In this document: one piece after another, positions 13,901-28,661 of the stretch
How positions within the stretch are numbered: the stretch's first letter is position 1
Layout: each line of letters opens with the position of its first letter
Source of the DNA: Eledone cirrhosa
Taxonomy: Eukaryota
Length of the DNA: 64,000 nt
Direction: 5' to 3'
Assembly: GCA_964016885.1 (NCBI GenBank)
Contig: OZ024756.1
Span: 40,300,001 to 40,364,000, forward strand
Position numbers and translations under genes: made by a program
Notes under the pieces: model-generated
Database searches by the model: none
What the model was told of the DNA's origin: nothing
The model's input: the letters and a program-made list of their open reading frames with translations, nothing else

Positions 13901-14494
13901 TTCTCCTGAAACATTGTTTTCAATACAGTTGCTGTCATTAAAATCTTCTTTTGAGGGATTTTGAGGAAAGTTTGAAATTTCATAAAGGTTTCCCGACAAC
14001 TCCACGAGTCCTGCAAGTGTTCTCTGTGTAGTTTCTAATTCGCTGCTTGCATCAGCTTCATCTTCATCTTCTTCATCATCGATTTCGTCAAAATCACTCA
14101 AACCCTGAATGCTATCAGTGGCAACTCTTGTCTCATTTGTCACATTTTCAAAGCCGGCGCCTTCGTTGTCGGCTTTTTTTGTCTTCTGCAACAGTTCAAT
14201 GATGGCATTTTGAGCAGTTTCATAGATTCTGACATCATGTTTGAAATTCTCTGAGAGAGAATCACCAGCTAAAGAGTGACCTTCACCTAGTTCTATAGGT
14301 GAAAGACTTTCAGAACTGGAAGCTTCCAACTTGCATATAGAAGCATTGTTTTCACACGAGCTCTTGGAGGAGTTGTCCTGTAGACAGGCATCACTTGCCG
14401 AGTTACTGGATTCAAATGTGACATTCCTGGAGGTATCAGTTCCAGTCGGGTTCTTAGTTTCAGATTCAACGACCATTAGATTGTCTAAAGTCAT
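10943..14494 (-). CDS. C2H2 zinc-finger transcription factor, about 1183 aa; 3+5 complete fingers plus a truncated C-terminal finger; acidic N-terminus and Cys-decapeptide repeats
   Basis: 3.6-kb ORF with canonical C-x2-C-x12-H-x3-H fingers and HSGEKPF/HTGERPF linkers. The track start (14563) is a GTG with an in-frame TAA just upstream, so the first in-frame ATG (14494, MTLDNL) is the likely start. Basic NLS-like stretches (KKKRPSRPK, KKKKKTNRTK) precede each cluster. Confidence 0.93.
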   Translation of the reverse strand: MTLDNLMVVESETKNPTGTDTSRNVTFESSNSASDACLQDNSSKSSCENNASICKLEASSSESLSPIELGEGHSLAGDSLSENFKHDVRIYETAQNAIIELLQKTKKADNEGAGFENVTNETRVATDSIQGLSDFDEIDDEEDEDEADASSELETTQRTLAGLVELSGNLYEISNFPQNPSKEDFNDSNCIENNVSGELDQVEGGHAFITTDSVGNLEIYGEKSTVEAQILHNSIVNCESSANETGQEEENYVDSISENDATVNIIASLDTEESSEIRARMNHILDGSGTSENTNIDSCEKGLCDSAAGFENKICDSGGLENSSSGESLSEGVGIGVRENNPSRGEQHNDICSRVNSKGNICESVLQMDNICGADVAMNDLCEADLPMTDMCEPEIPIGDVCAAEIPMADVSDIAMQDICESDIQMNAICDSDISMNNICASDIQIGTVCGPEITMSNICGTDIGMNNVCVADISMSNICVANSPSNNICVSDSPGTHINFAGTSICTSDSPGNICVTDSLTNNICSQEVLANNICATDALGNTICTAITLENNICATDISNLCVASVAKSVNQEALTNSDGSVANICQTDNQNSLVDVNMIKTEPSSSNTYGVCLSQNQANDQAAETMAPDSTKKKRPSRPKMSVPETCTVCNRVFTNSTSLKKHMKTHSGEKPFECDVCKKCFQEPSNLKRHKIIHSGERPFKCKVCEKAFSQSYTLTRHMRTHKPKTESVEAVNTTSGAVVTTSDKSVTISENGSDDLKPLTNSSCVAALPAISTCVTALPAISTCMTALPSISTCITALPTISTCMTALPTIGTVLPTIGTCATVLPTINATGTTVLPMNNNTLLQGNNACLAVITNNGETVSSVGNLCTAGLVNTLLAAAGSSDNLGNGLCAAEGPTVEIESSICSPTELAVAVCGTDVSKNSIGESTASSKDSESLDLDILRENVKSASVEPVVDGNQVSEEGLMEESSKMVVCKMEPVDIQNNEIFETTEVIKSEGGVNSNNSNTNNAANGQKKKKKTNRTKSVVSEACAICSRVFTNLTTLKKHLKTHTGERPFECEVCHKCFQEPSHLTRHKRIHSGEKPFKCKVCEKAFSQSYTLTRHMRTHSGERPFKCDVCSKAFSQSYTLTVHRRTHSTDRPYECEICHSKFFEASHLTRHFRTHIGEQHFTCELCHKHF

Positions 14495-14689
14495 TGATCT
14501 CGTCAGAGTGGCACCAGTTATTTCAGTCGATCTACAGCGCCAAACAATGAAACCAAAAGCCACAAAAGTAGAAGAATCACGTCTTTAAAAGTAGAAATAA
14601 GCTCTTCTGTCTTCTTTGATGCTGCCGACGTCTCTGGCCTGAGAAACGGTGCTTTTTTCCTCGAGAAGATTCTCTCACCAAAGCAGCAT

Positions 14690-14720
14690 CTGAAAACATC
14701 AGAATAAAAGAAAATCAAAA
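14690..14720 (-). promoter_or_regulatory. Putative splice acceptor (polypyrimidine tract + CAG) of the zinc-finger gene's large exon
   Basis: Minus strand reads ttttcttttattctgatgttttcag|atgctg at the switch from AT-rich to exon-like composition, implying upstream 5'UTR exon(s). Confidence 0.6.
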
Positions 14721-15458
14721 TAATGAACGATATCAATAAAATAATATAGTGTAATTAACACTGTATTAATTAGTATAATAATTAGAGTAATTTACAGTGT
14801 AATAAACAGTGCAATAATTTAAGTAATAAACTGTAATAATTTGAGTAGTTAACTAAATTAATAAATTATGATTATGTCCCAGTAAAATAAACACAATTAT
14901 GGCCCCAGATTTAACAATGACCATGAATTAAAACAGGAAATGAATTTAAATACAACAAACAAATGTTTGAAGGTCCTTTTCTCTGCTAATTAGCAGGGGT
15001 TAGACATGTGGGGTCCTAGGATAGGCTTCATATTCTGTGTGAACCTTGCAATAAGAATACATTGACTTCCCAGTTACTTATGACTCACCAGTTTGTATAT
15101 ATATATATATATAGATATGTTTCTTTTATTTGCCACAAGTGCATCAAAAGTGGGACAAGTACATATATATATAGATAGATACATATAGATATATATATAT
15201 GGAGAGAGATATATATATATATAGAGAGATACATATAGATATATATATGGAGAGAGAGATATATATATATAGAGAGAGAGATAGATAGATATATATATAT
15301 ATAGAGAGAGAGAGAGATATATATATATATAATATATATATAGTATATATATAGATATATATAATATATATATAGTATATATATATATATAGATATATAT
15401 AATATATATATACTATATATATATATTATATATATCTATATATATATATATCTATATA

Positions 15459-16722
15459 TCATCATCATCAACGTTTAACGTCCGTGTTCCACGCTTGCAT
15501 GGGTTTGGAGGTTTTTACCGTGTTGCATACACGGCCACATTACAGCGTGGACTGTGTGTTTTTTTGTCGTGACACCTACACGATCTCATTTGTTTCGGCC
15601 TGGATGTTGTGGCACCAACATAACTTTACATAGGAGGGGGTGGTGTGGATGGGGGTGTGGGTGGTGGGACAGGGGTGTATTTTGTTAGAGATGCCTACTG
15701 GCTGTAGTAGGTTTTACTATGTATTTAGGTAAGGCGGGTCTTCTGTATTACTGAGTACCGCCAAAGGTCTCGGTCCAGTGACATTGTCTTGGAGAGGTGT
15801 AAGTGTGTGAGGTCGGAGTTTATCAGCTCGTCCCAGGATTTTCTAGGTCTGCCTATTCCGTGGCTACCGTCTATCTTTATTGCCCTGCACTTTGTTATAC
15901 AGCTATCGACTTTCATGCGCATCACGTGTCCGTACCAACGTAGCATTCTCTCGAGTAAACAACATCTGATCCCTCTTATTTCTAATTTTTTCCTTAGTTC
16001 GTTTATGCTTTGCCGTTCACGTATATTACTATTACACATCCAGCGGAGCATGCAAGCTTCGTTCCTCTCTAGTCTGCGTATATCCTCTGCGCACAATACC
16101 CAGGTCTCACTGCCATGCAACATTGCTGTTCGTATGCAGGCATCATACAACCTGCCTTTCATTTTTAGGGAGAACCCTTTAGCGGCTAATAGTGGTATAA
16201 GCTCTCTGAACTTTTTCCATCCAGTTCTGACTCTAGCTACTGTACTTTCGGAGCACCCTCCCCAACTGCTGATTTTGTCACCCAGGTAACGGAAGCTGTC
16301 CACTATTTCTTTAGAGCCCTCTGCGCAATTGAAAGAGTTAGTATTCTGTGGGCATTCGCTGCTACTTATTGCACCAGAGCACCGCCCACATGTAAAATCT
16401 AAGTTCTTAGTTAGCTTACCTGTGATCCCACTACATCTTTTATGCACCCATACTTTGCATTTGGGACATAAAATGGAGTTTCTACCTACGCCTTTCCTAC
16501 ACACTGAGCATGGCCATTTCCCGGAAGGGACCGCCGCCTTATTTTCTTTCCTACAAACTAGAACTTTAGTCTTAGCCAGGTTAATTTTAAGGCCTTTTGA
16601 TTCTAGGCCGTGCTTCCATGTTTGGAATTTCTTCTCTAGCTCGGCCATTGATTCAGCTATGAGTCTCAGGTCGTCTGTGTATAGGAGTTCCCATGGGCAG
16701 CCGGTCTTGAACTCCTCTGTTA
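15459..16722 (-). mobile_element. 5'-truncated RTE-clade LINE: RT C-terminal half with a PHD-like finger, 3'UTR and (GAT)n tail
   Basis: Open frame ELLYTDDL...INLAKTKVL...FRYLGD...MLHGSETW...[10 protein letters not shown]...GRPRKSW. These motifs are typical of RTE ORF2. Confidence 0.88.
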
Positions 16723-16753
16723 TAGATATATATATATATACATATATATATAC

Positions 16754-16785
<32 letters not shown>

Positions 16786-16796
16786 TATATACTATA

Positions 16797-16896
<100 letters not shown>

Positions 16897-16946
16897 TATA
16901 TACTATATATATATATATATATACATATATACATATATATATACTA

Positions 16947-17024
<78 letters not shown>

Positions 17025-17074
17025 TATATACTATATATATATATATATATACATATATACATATATATATACTA

Positions 17075-17124
<50 letters not shown>

Positions 17125-17178
17125 TATATACTATATATATATATATATATACATATATACATATATATATACTATATA

Positions 17179-17232
<54 letters not shown>

Positions 17233-17446
17233 CATATATACATATATATATACTATATATATATATATATATATATACATATATATATACTATATATATA
17301 TATATATATATATACATATATATATACTATATATATATATATATATATATACATATATATATACTATATATATATATATATATACATATATATATACATA
17401 TATATATACTATATATATATATATATATATATACATATATATATAC

Positions 17447-17518
<72 letters not shown>

Positions 17519-17594
17519 CATATATATATACTATATATATATATATATATACATATATATATACTATATATATATATATATATACATATATATA

Positions 17595-17667
<73 letters not shown>

Positions 17668-17806
17668 GATATATATATATATACATATACATATATATAT
17701 ATATACATATACATATATATATATATACATATACATATACATATATATATATATACATATACATATATATATATATACATATACATATATATATATATAC
17801 ATATAC

Positions 17807-17837
<31 letters not shown>

Positions 17838-17929
17838 CATATATATATATACATATACATATATATACATATACATATACATATATATACATATACATAT
17901 ATATATATATACATATACATATATATACA

Positions 17930-18054
<125 letters not shown>

Positions 18055-18063
18055 ACATATACA

Positions 18064-18155
<92 letters not shown>

Positions 18156-18156
18156 C

Positions 18157-18192
<36 letters not shown>

Positions 18193-18193
18193 C

Positions 18194-18229
<36 letters not shown>

Positions 18230-18484
18230 CTATATATATATATATATACTATATATATATATATATACTATATATATATATACTATATATATATATATAT
18301 ATACTATATATATATATACTATATATATATATATACTATATATATATATACTATATATATATATATACTATATATATATATATACTATATATATATATAT
18401 ACTATATATATATATACTATATATATATATATATACTATATATATATATACTATATATATATATATACATATATATATACTATA

Positions 18485-18554
<70 letters not shown>

Positions 18555-18597
18555 CTATATATATATACTATATATATACTATATATATATATATATA

Positions 18598-19140
18598 CGT
18601 AGTCACGGAATAGGCAGACCTAGAAAAACCTGGGACGAGCTGATAAACTCCGACATCACACACTTCACCTCTCCAAGACAATGTCACTGGACCGAGACCT
18701 TTGGCGGTACTCAGTAACAGAGAAGACCCGCCTTACCTAAATATATAGTAAAACCTACTCCAGCCAGTAGGCATCTCTAACAAAATACACCCCGTCCCAC
18801 CACCACCACCCCCACCCGATCCACACCACCCCGTTCTATGTAAAGTTATGTTGGTGCCGCGCCATCGAGGCCGAAACAAATGAGATCGTGTAGGTGTCAC
18901 GACAAAAAAACACACAGTCCACGCTGTAATGTGGCCGTGTAGGCAACACGGTAAAAACCTCCCAGACCCACACTGTAAATGTGGTTGGTGTTAGGAAGGG
19001 CATCCAACTGTAGAAAACCTGCCAGACAGTCCTATGCGAGCAAGACAATCACTCTTGCCTCAAGTGGGACTACCCCCGTCCAAACCCATGCAAGCGTGGA
19101 ACACGGACGTTAAACGTTGATGATGATGATGATGATGATG
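18598..19140 (+). mobile_element. 3' end of the same RTE LINE family
   Basis: Near-identical reverse complement of about 15460-15860; ends cggacgttaaacgtt(gat)n. Confidence 0.88.
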
Positions 19141-19153
19141 ATATATATATATA

Positions 19154-19402
19154 TAATATATTTAGAAACACACAGATACATGCGGACACACACATATATA
19201 CATGAATGCATCCACACCCAACTGTGAGTTAAGGGTGCCAACTTCACCGATGTTGCTCAATGAATGACTGGGACAGACCAATTCAGTTTGAACTAGACTG
19301 AACCATCGGTGAAGTTGGCACCCTTAACTCACAGTTGGGTGCGGATGCATTCATGTATATATGTGTGTGTCCGCATGTATCTGTGTGTTTCTAAATATAT
19401 TA
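19154..19402. repeat. Near-perfect fold-back inverted repeat (99-bp arms, 51-nt loop)
   Basis: 19154-19252 is the reverse complement of 19304-19402 with one visible mismatch. Confidence 0.93.
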
Positions 19403-19663
19403 ATAACTCCCTCTGGTCGAGCAATCTTTGAAGTGTGGGGACAACTGGAAAGCTTCCATTACTCATACTTTTCGCCTTCTTCACCACCTCTTCTACGGCC
19501 TCGATATGAATACCCCCTCCGCCTCCGTGGTATTTTCTTTGTGGTTATAAGAGGCTTAGCTCTGTTTCTCGACCGTTATATCGCGTGACTATCTCCCCCT
19601 CCGCCTTTTGGGATTCTTTCTCACGTCGCGTAGACGCGTTCTTGAGACTAGTAAAATGAGGTA

Positions 19664-19751
19664 TCCTCTTGATAAGTCGGCAGACCTCGCAAGGACTCTA
19701 TATCTTTGATATATTGTTTTTGTTTATGCCACGAAACTACGTAGTCGAGGA
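19664..19751 (+). ncRNA. Type I hammerhead ribozyme with a U3-A8 core variant
   Basis: tcctc-TTGATAA-gt(c)ggca...tgccac-GAAA-CTACGTAG-TC-gagga. Helix I is 5 bp, helix III region is the perfect palindrome ACTACGTAGT, and the site is GUC. Confidence 0.72.
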
Positions 19752-19820
19752 ATTTAGGAACAGTTTAGGTATGATACATTTTATTACTAATTATATCTAA
19801 ATGTTTCTTCTCTCTTCATA

Positions 19821-19856
<36 letters not shown>

Positions 19857-19926
19857 AGTCCTATGCGAGCAAGACAACCACTCGTGGAACACGGACGCTA
19901 AACCCGATGATGATGATGATGATATA

Positions 19927-19978
<52 letters not shown>

Positions 19979-19987
19979 TATATATAG

Positions 19988-20018
<31 letters not shown>

Positions 20019-20042
20019 TATATATATATAGTATATATATAG

Positions 20043-20135
<93 letters not shown>

Positions 20136-20282
20136 TATATATATATATATATATAGTATATATATATATATATATAGTATATATATATAGTATATATATA
20201 TATATATATAGTATATATATATATATATATAGTATATATATATATAGTATATATATATAGTATATATATATATATATATATA

Positions 20283-20320
<38 letters not shown>

Positions 20321-20546
20321 TATATATAGTATATATATATATATAGTATATATATATATATAGTATATATATATATATAGTATATATATATATATATAGT
20401 ATATATATATATATATAGTATATAGTAAATATATATAGTATATATATATATATATAGTATATAGTATATATATATAGTATATAGTATATATATATAGTAT
20501 ATAGTATATATATATATATATATATATAGTATATATATATATATAG

Positions 20547-20577
<31 letters not shown>

Positions 20578-20613
20578 TATATATAGTATATATATATATA
20601 TAGTATATATATA

Positions 20614-20756
<143 letters not shown>

Positions 20757-20813
20757 TATATATATATAGTATATATATATATAGTATATATATATATAGT
20801 ATATATATATATA

Positions 20814-20847
<34 letters not shown>

Positions 20848-21310
20848 TATATATATATAGTATATATAGTATATATATAGTATATATATATATATATAGT
20901 ATATATATATAGTATATATATATATATAGTATATATATATATATAGTATATATATATATATAGTATATATATATATATATAGTATATATATATATATAGT
21001 ATATATATATATATAGTATATATATATATATAGTATATATATATATATAGTATATATATATATATAGTATATATATATATAGTATATATATATATATATA
21101 GTATATATATATATATATATATAGTATATATATATAGTATATATATATATAGTATATATATATAGTATATATATATATAGTATATATATATATAGTATAT
21201 ATATATAGTATATATATATATAGTATATATATATATATAGTATATATATATATATAGTATCTATATAGTATATATATATATATAGTATATATATAGTATA
21301 TATATATATA

Positions 21311-21698
21311 CATGGGTTTGGACGGGGGTTTTCCCACTTGAGGCAAGAGTGGTTGTCTTGCTCGCATAGGACTGTCTGGCGGGTTTTCTACAGTTGGATG
21401 CCCTTCCTAACACCAACCACATTTACAGTGTGGGGCTGGGAGGTTTTTACCGTGTTGCCTACACGGCCGCATTTACAGCGTGGACTGTGTGTTTTTTTGT
21501 CGTGACACCTACACGATCTCATTTGTTTCGGCCTGGATGTTGTGGGACCAACATAACTTTACATTGAAAGGGGCGGTGTGGATGGGGTGGGACGGGGGGT
21601 GTGTTTTGAGAGAGATGCCTACTGACTGTAGTAGGTTTTTACTTTGTATTTAGGTAAGGCGGGTCTTCTCTATTACTGAGTACCGCCAAAGGTCTCGG
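21311..21698 (-). mobile_element. 3' end of the same RTE LINE family
   Basis: Encodes [15 protein letters not shown] followed by the same 3'UTR. Confidence 0.85.
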
Positions 21699-21715
21699 AG
21701 AGGTATATATAGAGA

Positions 21716-21970
<255 letters not shown>

Positions 21971-21994
21971 TATATATATATATATATATATATA

Positions 21995-22034
<40 letters not shown>

Positions 22035-22056
22035 TATATATATATATATATATATA

Positions 22057-22096
<40 letters not shown>

Positions 22097-22373
22097 TATA
22101 TATATAGTATATAGTATATATAGTATATATATATATATATATATAGTATATATATATATATAGCCATGGATTGATACAAATCTTGTGAGTAAAATTTGGC
22201 AGATGGCAACTATTTGGAAGTCCATTTTTGAACTGTGTCTGATTATTAGTGGTGGTAGATTTAATCTGTTGTCCAGATTAACACCTCTATACATATATAT
22301 ATACATATATATACATATATATATATATACATATATATACATATACATATATATATATATATATATACAACAT

Positions 22374-22640
22374 TCAGTCCGAAACTAATGAGGTCGTGTA
22401 GGTGACACGACAAAAAAACACACAGTCCACGCTGTAATGTGGCCGTGTAGGTAACACGGTAAAAACCTCCCAGCCCCACACTGTAAACGTGGTTGGTGTT
22501 AGGAAGGACATCCAGCCGTAGAAAACCCGCCAGACAGTCCTATGCGAGCAAGACAACCAATCTTGCCTCAAGTGGGAAAATTCCCGTCCAAACCTATGCA
22601 AGCGTAGAAGATGGACGTTAAATGATGATGATGATGATGA
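22374..22640 (+). mobile_element. 3'UTR fragment of the same RTE LINE family
   Basis: Matches about 18870-19140 and ends in (gat)n. A smaller deleted piece lies at about 19854-19922. Confidence 0.85.
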
Positions 22641-22789
22641 TATATATAGTATATATATATATATATTTATAGTATATAGTATATATATAATATATATATA
22701 TATATAGTATATATATAATATATATATATATATAGTATATATATATATATATATATATATAGTATATATATATATATATATATATATAG

Positions 22790-22849
<60 letters not shown>

Positions 22850-22897
22850 TATATATATATATATATATATAGTATATATATATATATATATATATAG

Positions 22898-22928
<31 letters not shown>

Positions 22929-23049
22929 TATATATATATATGTATAGTATATATATATATATATATATAGTATATATATATATATATATAGTATATATAT
23001 ATATATATAGTATATATATATATATATATAGTATATATATATATATATA

Positions 23050-23127
<78 letters not shown>

Positions 23128-23129
<2 letters not shown>

Positions 23130-23472
23130 AGGCACATGGCTTAGTGGTTAGAGCATTGGCCTTGCAATCGAAAGGTTGTGAGTTCAATTCTCAGACCGGG
23201 TGGTGTGTTGTTTCCTTGAGCAAGACACTTTATTTCAAATTGCTCCAGTTTACTCAGCTGTAGAAATGAGATGATAGGGACTGAGGTCCTTATCATTCCA
23301 CTTCAAAGTGGTCGTGTAGGTGCCACGGCAAAAAAAGCACCCAGCACTCACTGTAAATGAGGTTGGTGTTAGGAAGGGCATCCAGCTGTAGAAATCAAGC
23401 CAGAATCAGTTCCCGTCCCACCCTTGCAAGCAGGGAAAAGCGGACGTAAAATGAAATGAAATGAATGAATGA
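23128..23472 (+). mobile_element. tRNA-derived SINE, family A
   Basis: Same A/B boxes and body as the 9374 copy; (atga)n tail; inserted in (TA)n. Confidence 0.85.
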
Positions 23473-23476
23473 TATA

Positions 23477-23514
<38 letters not shown>

Positions 23515-23599
23515 TAGTCGATCGACTTTCGTCAAATCGGACCGAGGAAACTATGTTTCCGTTGGTCTTTCCAATTGCTAATACTATCTATCGGTCGCA

Positions 23600-23730
23600 A
23601 CTCCAGGTAGAAGGAGCAACGTGAAATAAAGTGTCTTGCTCAAGGACATAACGCATCGCCTGGTTCAGGAATCGAACTCACAACCTCACGATTGTGAATC
23701 CAATACTCTAACCACTCAGCCACACGCCTT

Positions 23731-23732
<2 letters not shown>
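23600..23732 (-). mobile_element. Truncated tRNA-derived SINE head related to family A
   Basis: Reverse complement gaaggcgtgtggctgagtggttagag...gagttcgattcc...ccttgagcaagacactttatttcac. Confidence 0.75.
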
Positions 23733-23764
<32 letters not shown>

Positions 23765-23767
<3 letters not shown>

Positions 23768-24235
23768 CTTGAGATCGGTGTGGAAGGCGGACTTTCGTAG
23801 AGACCTGAAAATCCGCCTCTTCTTTGCTTTAGTGGAGTCTGTGCTGCTGTATGGGTCTGAGACTTGGACACTGACCAAGAAACTCACTCAGATGGTGGAT
23901 GGGTGCTACACGAGAATGCTGAGGATGGCTCTGAACATTAATCAGTATACACTGAGGATGAAAAACTCAGAGCTGTATGGGAGCATCCCAAATGTCAGCT
24001 CAAAAGTGACACAGAGGAGACTGAGGTTAGCTGGACATGCTCACCGACATCCAGAGTTGACATTGCACTCAGTGCACTAGAAGAGGAAGACCAAGGTTAA
24101 TGTATGTTGATGCCCTAAGGACAGACACTGGTCTGTTGGAGACGCAGGACATGGCAGCGATAATGAGGGACAGAGACCGCTGGGGAGAACTCGTCCATGG
24201 ATCTCGGGAATTTTACCCGCCTTAGATAGATAGAT
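23765..24235 (+). mobile_element. RTE-clade LINE 3' fragment (different family)
   Basis: LKIRLFFALVESVLLYGSETWTLTK...MLRMALNI...RRLRLAGH; ends in a (gata)n tail. Confidence 0.82.
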
Positions 24236-24639
24236 ATATATAGTATATATATCAATAGTATATATATATATCATAATCTATAAAGCTCAGTGTGTGGTCA
24301 TGCTCCTTTCTTATAGAAATCTATGATATAGAATTTCTTCAATTGAAATTTACAATTCAGTACTCGAAATAGCTTCGATTGCGTCTTGGCACAGATAATT
24401 TTTTCAATTTCACCCACAATTACGCAAAAAATAGATAAAACTCAATATTTTACGATTTTTCTGTCATTTAAACTGCTAAACTCTTTCCACTACCATTCAA
24501 AATCTATACAACTTCATACTTTCTGCTACTTTCTCTTTCCAAGCTTGATGGTGATACTGTCCGTTTTACTCTCTCATATCATCTGCTTCCCTCTATCTAC
24601 AACCCACACATTTTGCTACTTTCTCTCCACACCGCTCCC

Positions 24640-25030
24640 TAATGTCTTAAATTTAGAAAACATATCTTCTATAAGGTCAATAAACCTGCTAGAAACAGCA
24701 GCTAACTCTCCCCCATATCACACCACTCCCTACTGTCTTAAATTTAGAAAACACATATCCTCTATGAGGTTACTAAACCTGCTAGAAACAGCAGCTAACT
24801 CTCTCCCATATCACACCCCTCCTTACTGTCTTAAATTTAGAAAACATATCTTCTATGAGGTCACTAAACCTGCTAGAAACAGCAGCTAACTCTCCCCCAT
24901 ATCACACCACTCCCTACTGTCTTAAATTTAGAAAACACATATCCTCTATGAGGTCACTAAACCTGCTAGAAACAACAGCTAACTCTCCCTCATATCACAA
25001 CCCTCCCTACTGTCTTAAATTTAGAAAACA
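24640..25030. repeat. About 89-bp tandem repeat, about 4 copies
   Basis: tgtcttaaatttagaaaac...taaacctgctagaaacagcagctaactctccc recurs. Confidence 0.88.
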
Positions 25031-25705
25031 CACAGATAACCATGCAGAACAACTCTATCGCAGCTCTGTTGTTCGGCTGGCATCGTCTATATGGTATATA
25101 TATATATATAGTATATATATATATAGTATATACATATATATATATATATAGTATATATATATATAGAGTATATATATATATATATAGTATATACATATAT
25201 AGTATATATATATATATAGTATATACATATATAGTATATATATATATATATAGTATATACATATATAGTATATATATATATATAGTATATACATATATAG
25301 TATATACATATATAGTATATATATATATATAGTATATACATATATATAGTATATACATATATATAGTATATATATATATATATATAGTATATACATATAT
25401 AGTATATATATATATATATAGTATATACATATATAGTATATATATATATATATATATATAGTATATACATATATAGTATATATATATATATATAGTATAT
25501 ACATATATAGTATATATAGTGTATATATACATATATACATATATAGTATATATAGTGTATATATATATATATACATATATAGTATATATAGTATATACAT
25601 ATATAGTATATATATATATATAGTATATACATATATAGTATATATATATATATAGTATATACATATATAGTATATATAGTGTATATATACATATATACAT
25701 ATATA

Positions 25706-25750
<45 letters not shown>

Positions 25751-25794
25751 TATATACACTATATATATATATATACACTATATATATATATATA

Positions 25795-25911
<117 letters not shown>

Positions 25912-25929
25912 CACTATATATATATACAC

Positions 25930-25961
<32 letters not shown>

Positions 25962-26007
25962 CACTATATATATATACACTATATATATACATATATATAT
26001 ATATATA

Positions 26008-26059
<52 letters not shown>

Positions 26060-26079
26060 TATATATATACATATATATA

Positions 26080-26125
<46 letters not shown>

Positions 26126-26160
26126 ATACAATATATATATACATATATATATATATACAC

Positions 26161-26192
<32 letters not shown>

Positions 26193-26225
26193 TATACAAT
26201 ATATATATACATATATATATATATA

Positions 26226-26269
<44 letters not shown>

Positions 26270-26325
26270 TATATATATATACACTATATATATATATATA
26301 TATTATATATATATATATATATATA

Positions 26326-26498
<173 letters not shown>

Positions 26499-26521
26499 TA
26501 TATATATATATATATATACAC

Positions 26522-26567
<46 letters not shown>

Positions 26568-26569
26568 TA

Positions 26570-26709
<140 letters not shown>

Positions 26710-26800
26710 TATATATATATATATACACTATATATATATATATATATATATACACTATATATATATATATATATACACTATATATATATATATATATATA

Positions 26801-26883
<83 letters not shown>

Positions 26884-26931
26884 TATATATATATATATAT
26901 ATACACTATATATATATATATATATACACTA

Positions 26932-26965
<34 letters not shown>

Positions 26966-27000
26966 TATATATACACTATATATATATATATATATATATA

Positions 27001-27129
<129 letters not shown>

Positions 27130-27155
27130 TATATATATATATATATATATATATA

Positions 27156-27319
<164 letters not shown>

Positions 27320-27345
27320 TATATATATATATATATATATATATA

Positions 27346-27486
<141 letters not shown>

Positions 27487-27585
27487 TATATATATATATA
27501 TATATATATATACACTATATATATATATATACACTATATATATATATATATATATAGTGTGTATATATATATATATATATATATA

Positions 27586-27629
<44 letters not shown>

Positions 27630-27655
27630 TATATATATATATATATATATATATA

Positions 27656-27771
<116 letters not shown>

Positions 27772-27887
27772 TATATATATATAGAATATATATATATAGT
27801 ATATATATATATATATATATATAGTATATATACATATATATAGTATATATACATATATATAGTATATATATATATATATATATATAG

Positions 27888-27921
<34 letters not shown>

Positions 27922-28051
27922 TATATACTATATATATAGTAGTAATAATAAATACAAAGGCCAAAATTCAGACAAGACCCAATAACAGCTAAAGCTATAT
28001 ATATATATACATACATACCTGTAGAGCAAATATTTAAATGTTTATATAAAT

Positions 28052-28172
<121 letters not shown>

Positions 28173-28460
28173 TACATACACATATATATGACATTTAAAT
28201 AGAAATACAAAATAATTATGCATTTAAAAACACAGAATAAAACAGAAAAATGAAAAAAAAATACTGCAGACAGGAAATAATAATAAAGTTAAGAGTAGTA
28301 ATGTTAATAATAATACTAATGTGTTATGGCAAAGAAAGGTATAAAGTATAAATGGATGTGATTATAAGAATATAAAGGTGGAAGGGTAGTGACTACAACT
28401 AATGTGTTAAATAGTAATAGATAAAAATAGGAATAAGGTGTGGTGGTGAGTGTGTGAGGT

Positions 28461-28495
<35 letters not shown>

Positions 28496-28598
28496 TAGTC
28501 AGACATATATATATATATATATATAGTTATGTAATAAACAACATCAGATAATTATTTTATTTACCAGTAGTTTCTTGAAGACAGATATTTATGCGTCT

Positions 28599-28661
28599 TT
28601 TCTTTCTGACGACTGAAGACAGACACAAAATCTGTCTTCAAGAAACCACTGGTAAATGAAA
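28599..28661 (+). ncRNA. Type I hammerhead ribozyme in a Penelope-like inverted repeat
   Basis: tttcttt-CTGACGA-c tgaagacaga cacaaaa tctgtcttca a-GAAA-CCACTGG-TA-aatgaaa. Confidence 0.72.

Noticed and set aside
14495-14563. N-terminal extension MAFGFIVW... in the ORF track
   Set aside because: It starts at GTG; the first ATG is at 14494.
23511-23570. Minus-strand GAAA-GTCGATCGAC-TA half hammerhead
   Set aside because: No CUGANGA found, probably truncated by the adjacent SINE; not called as a ribozyme.
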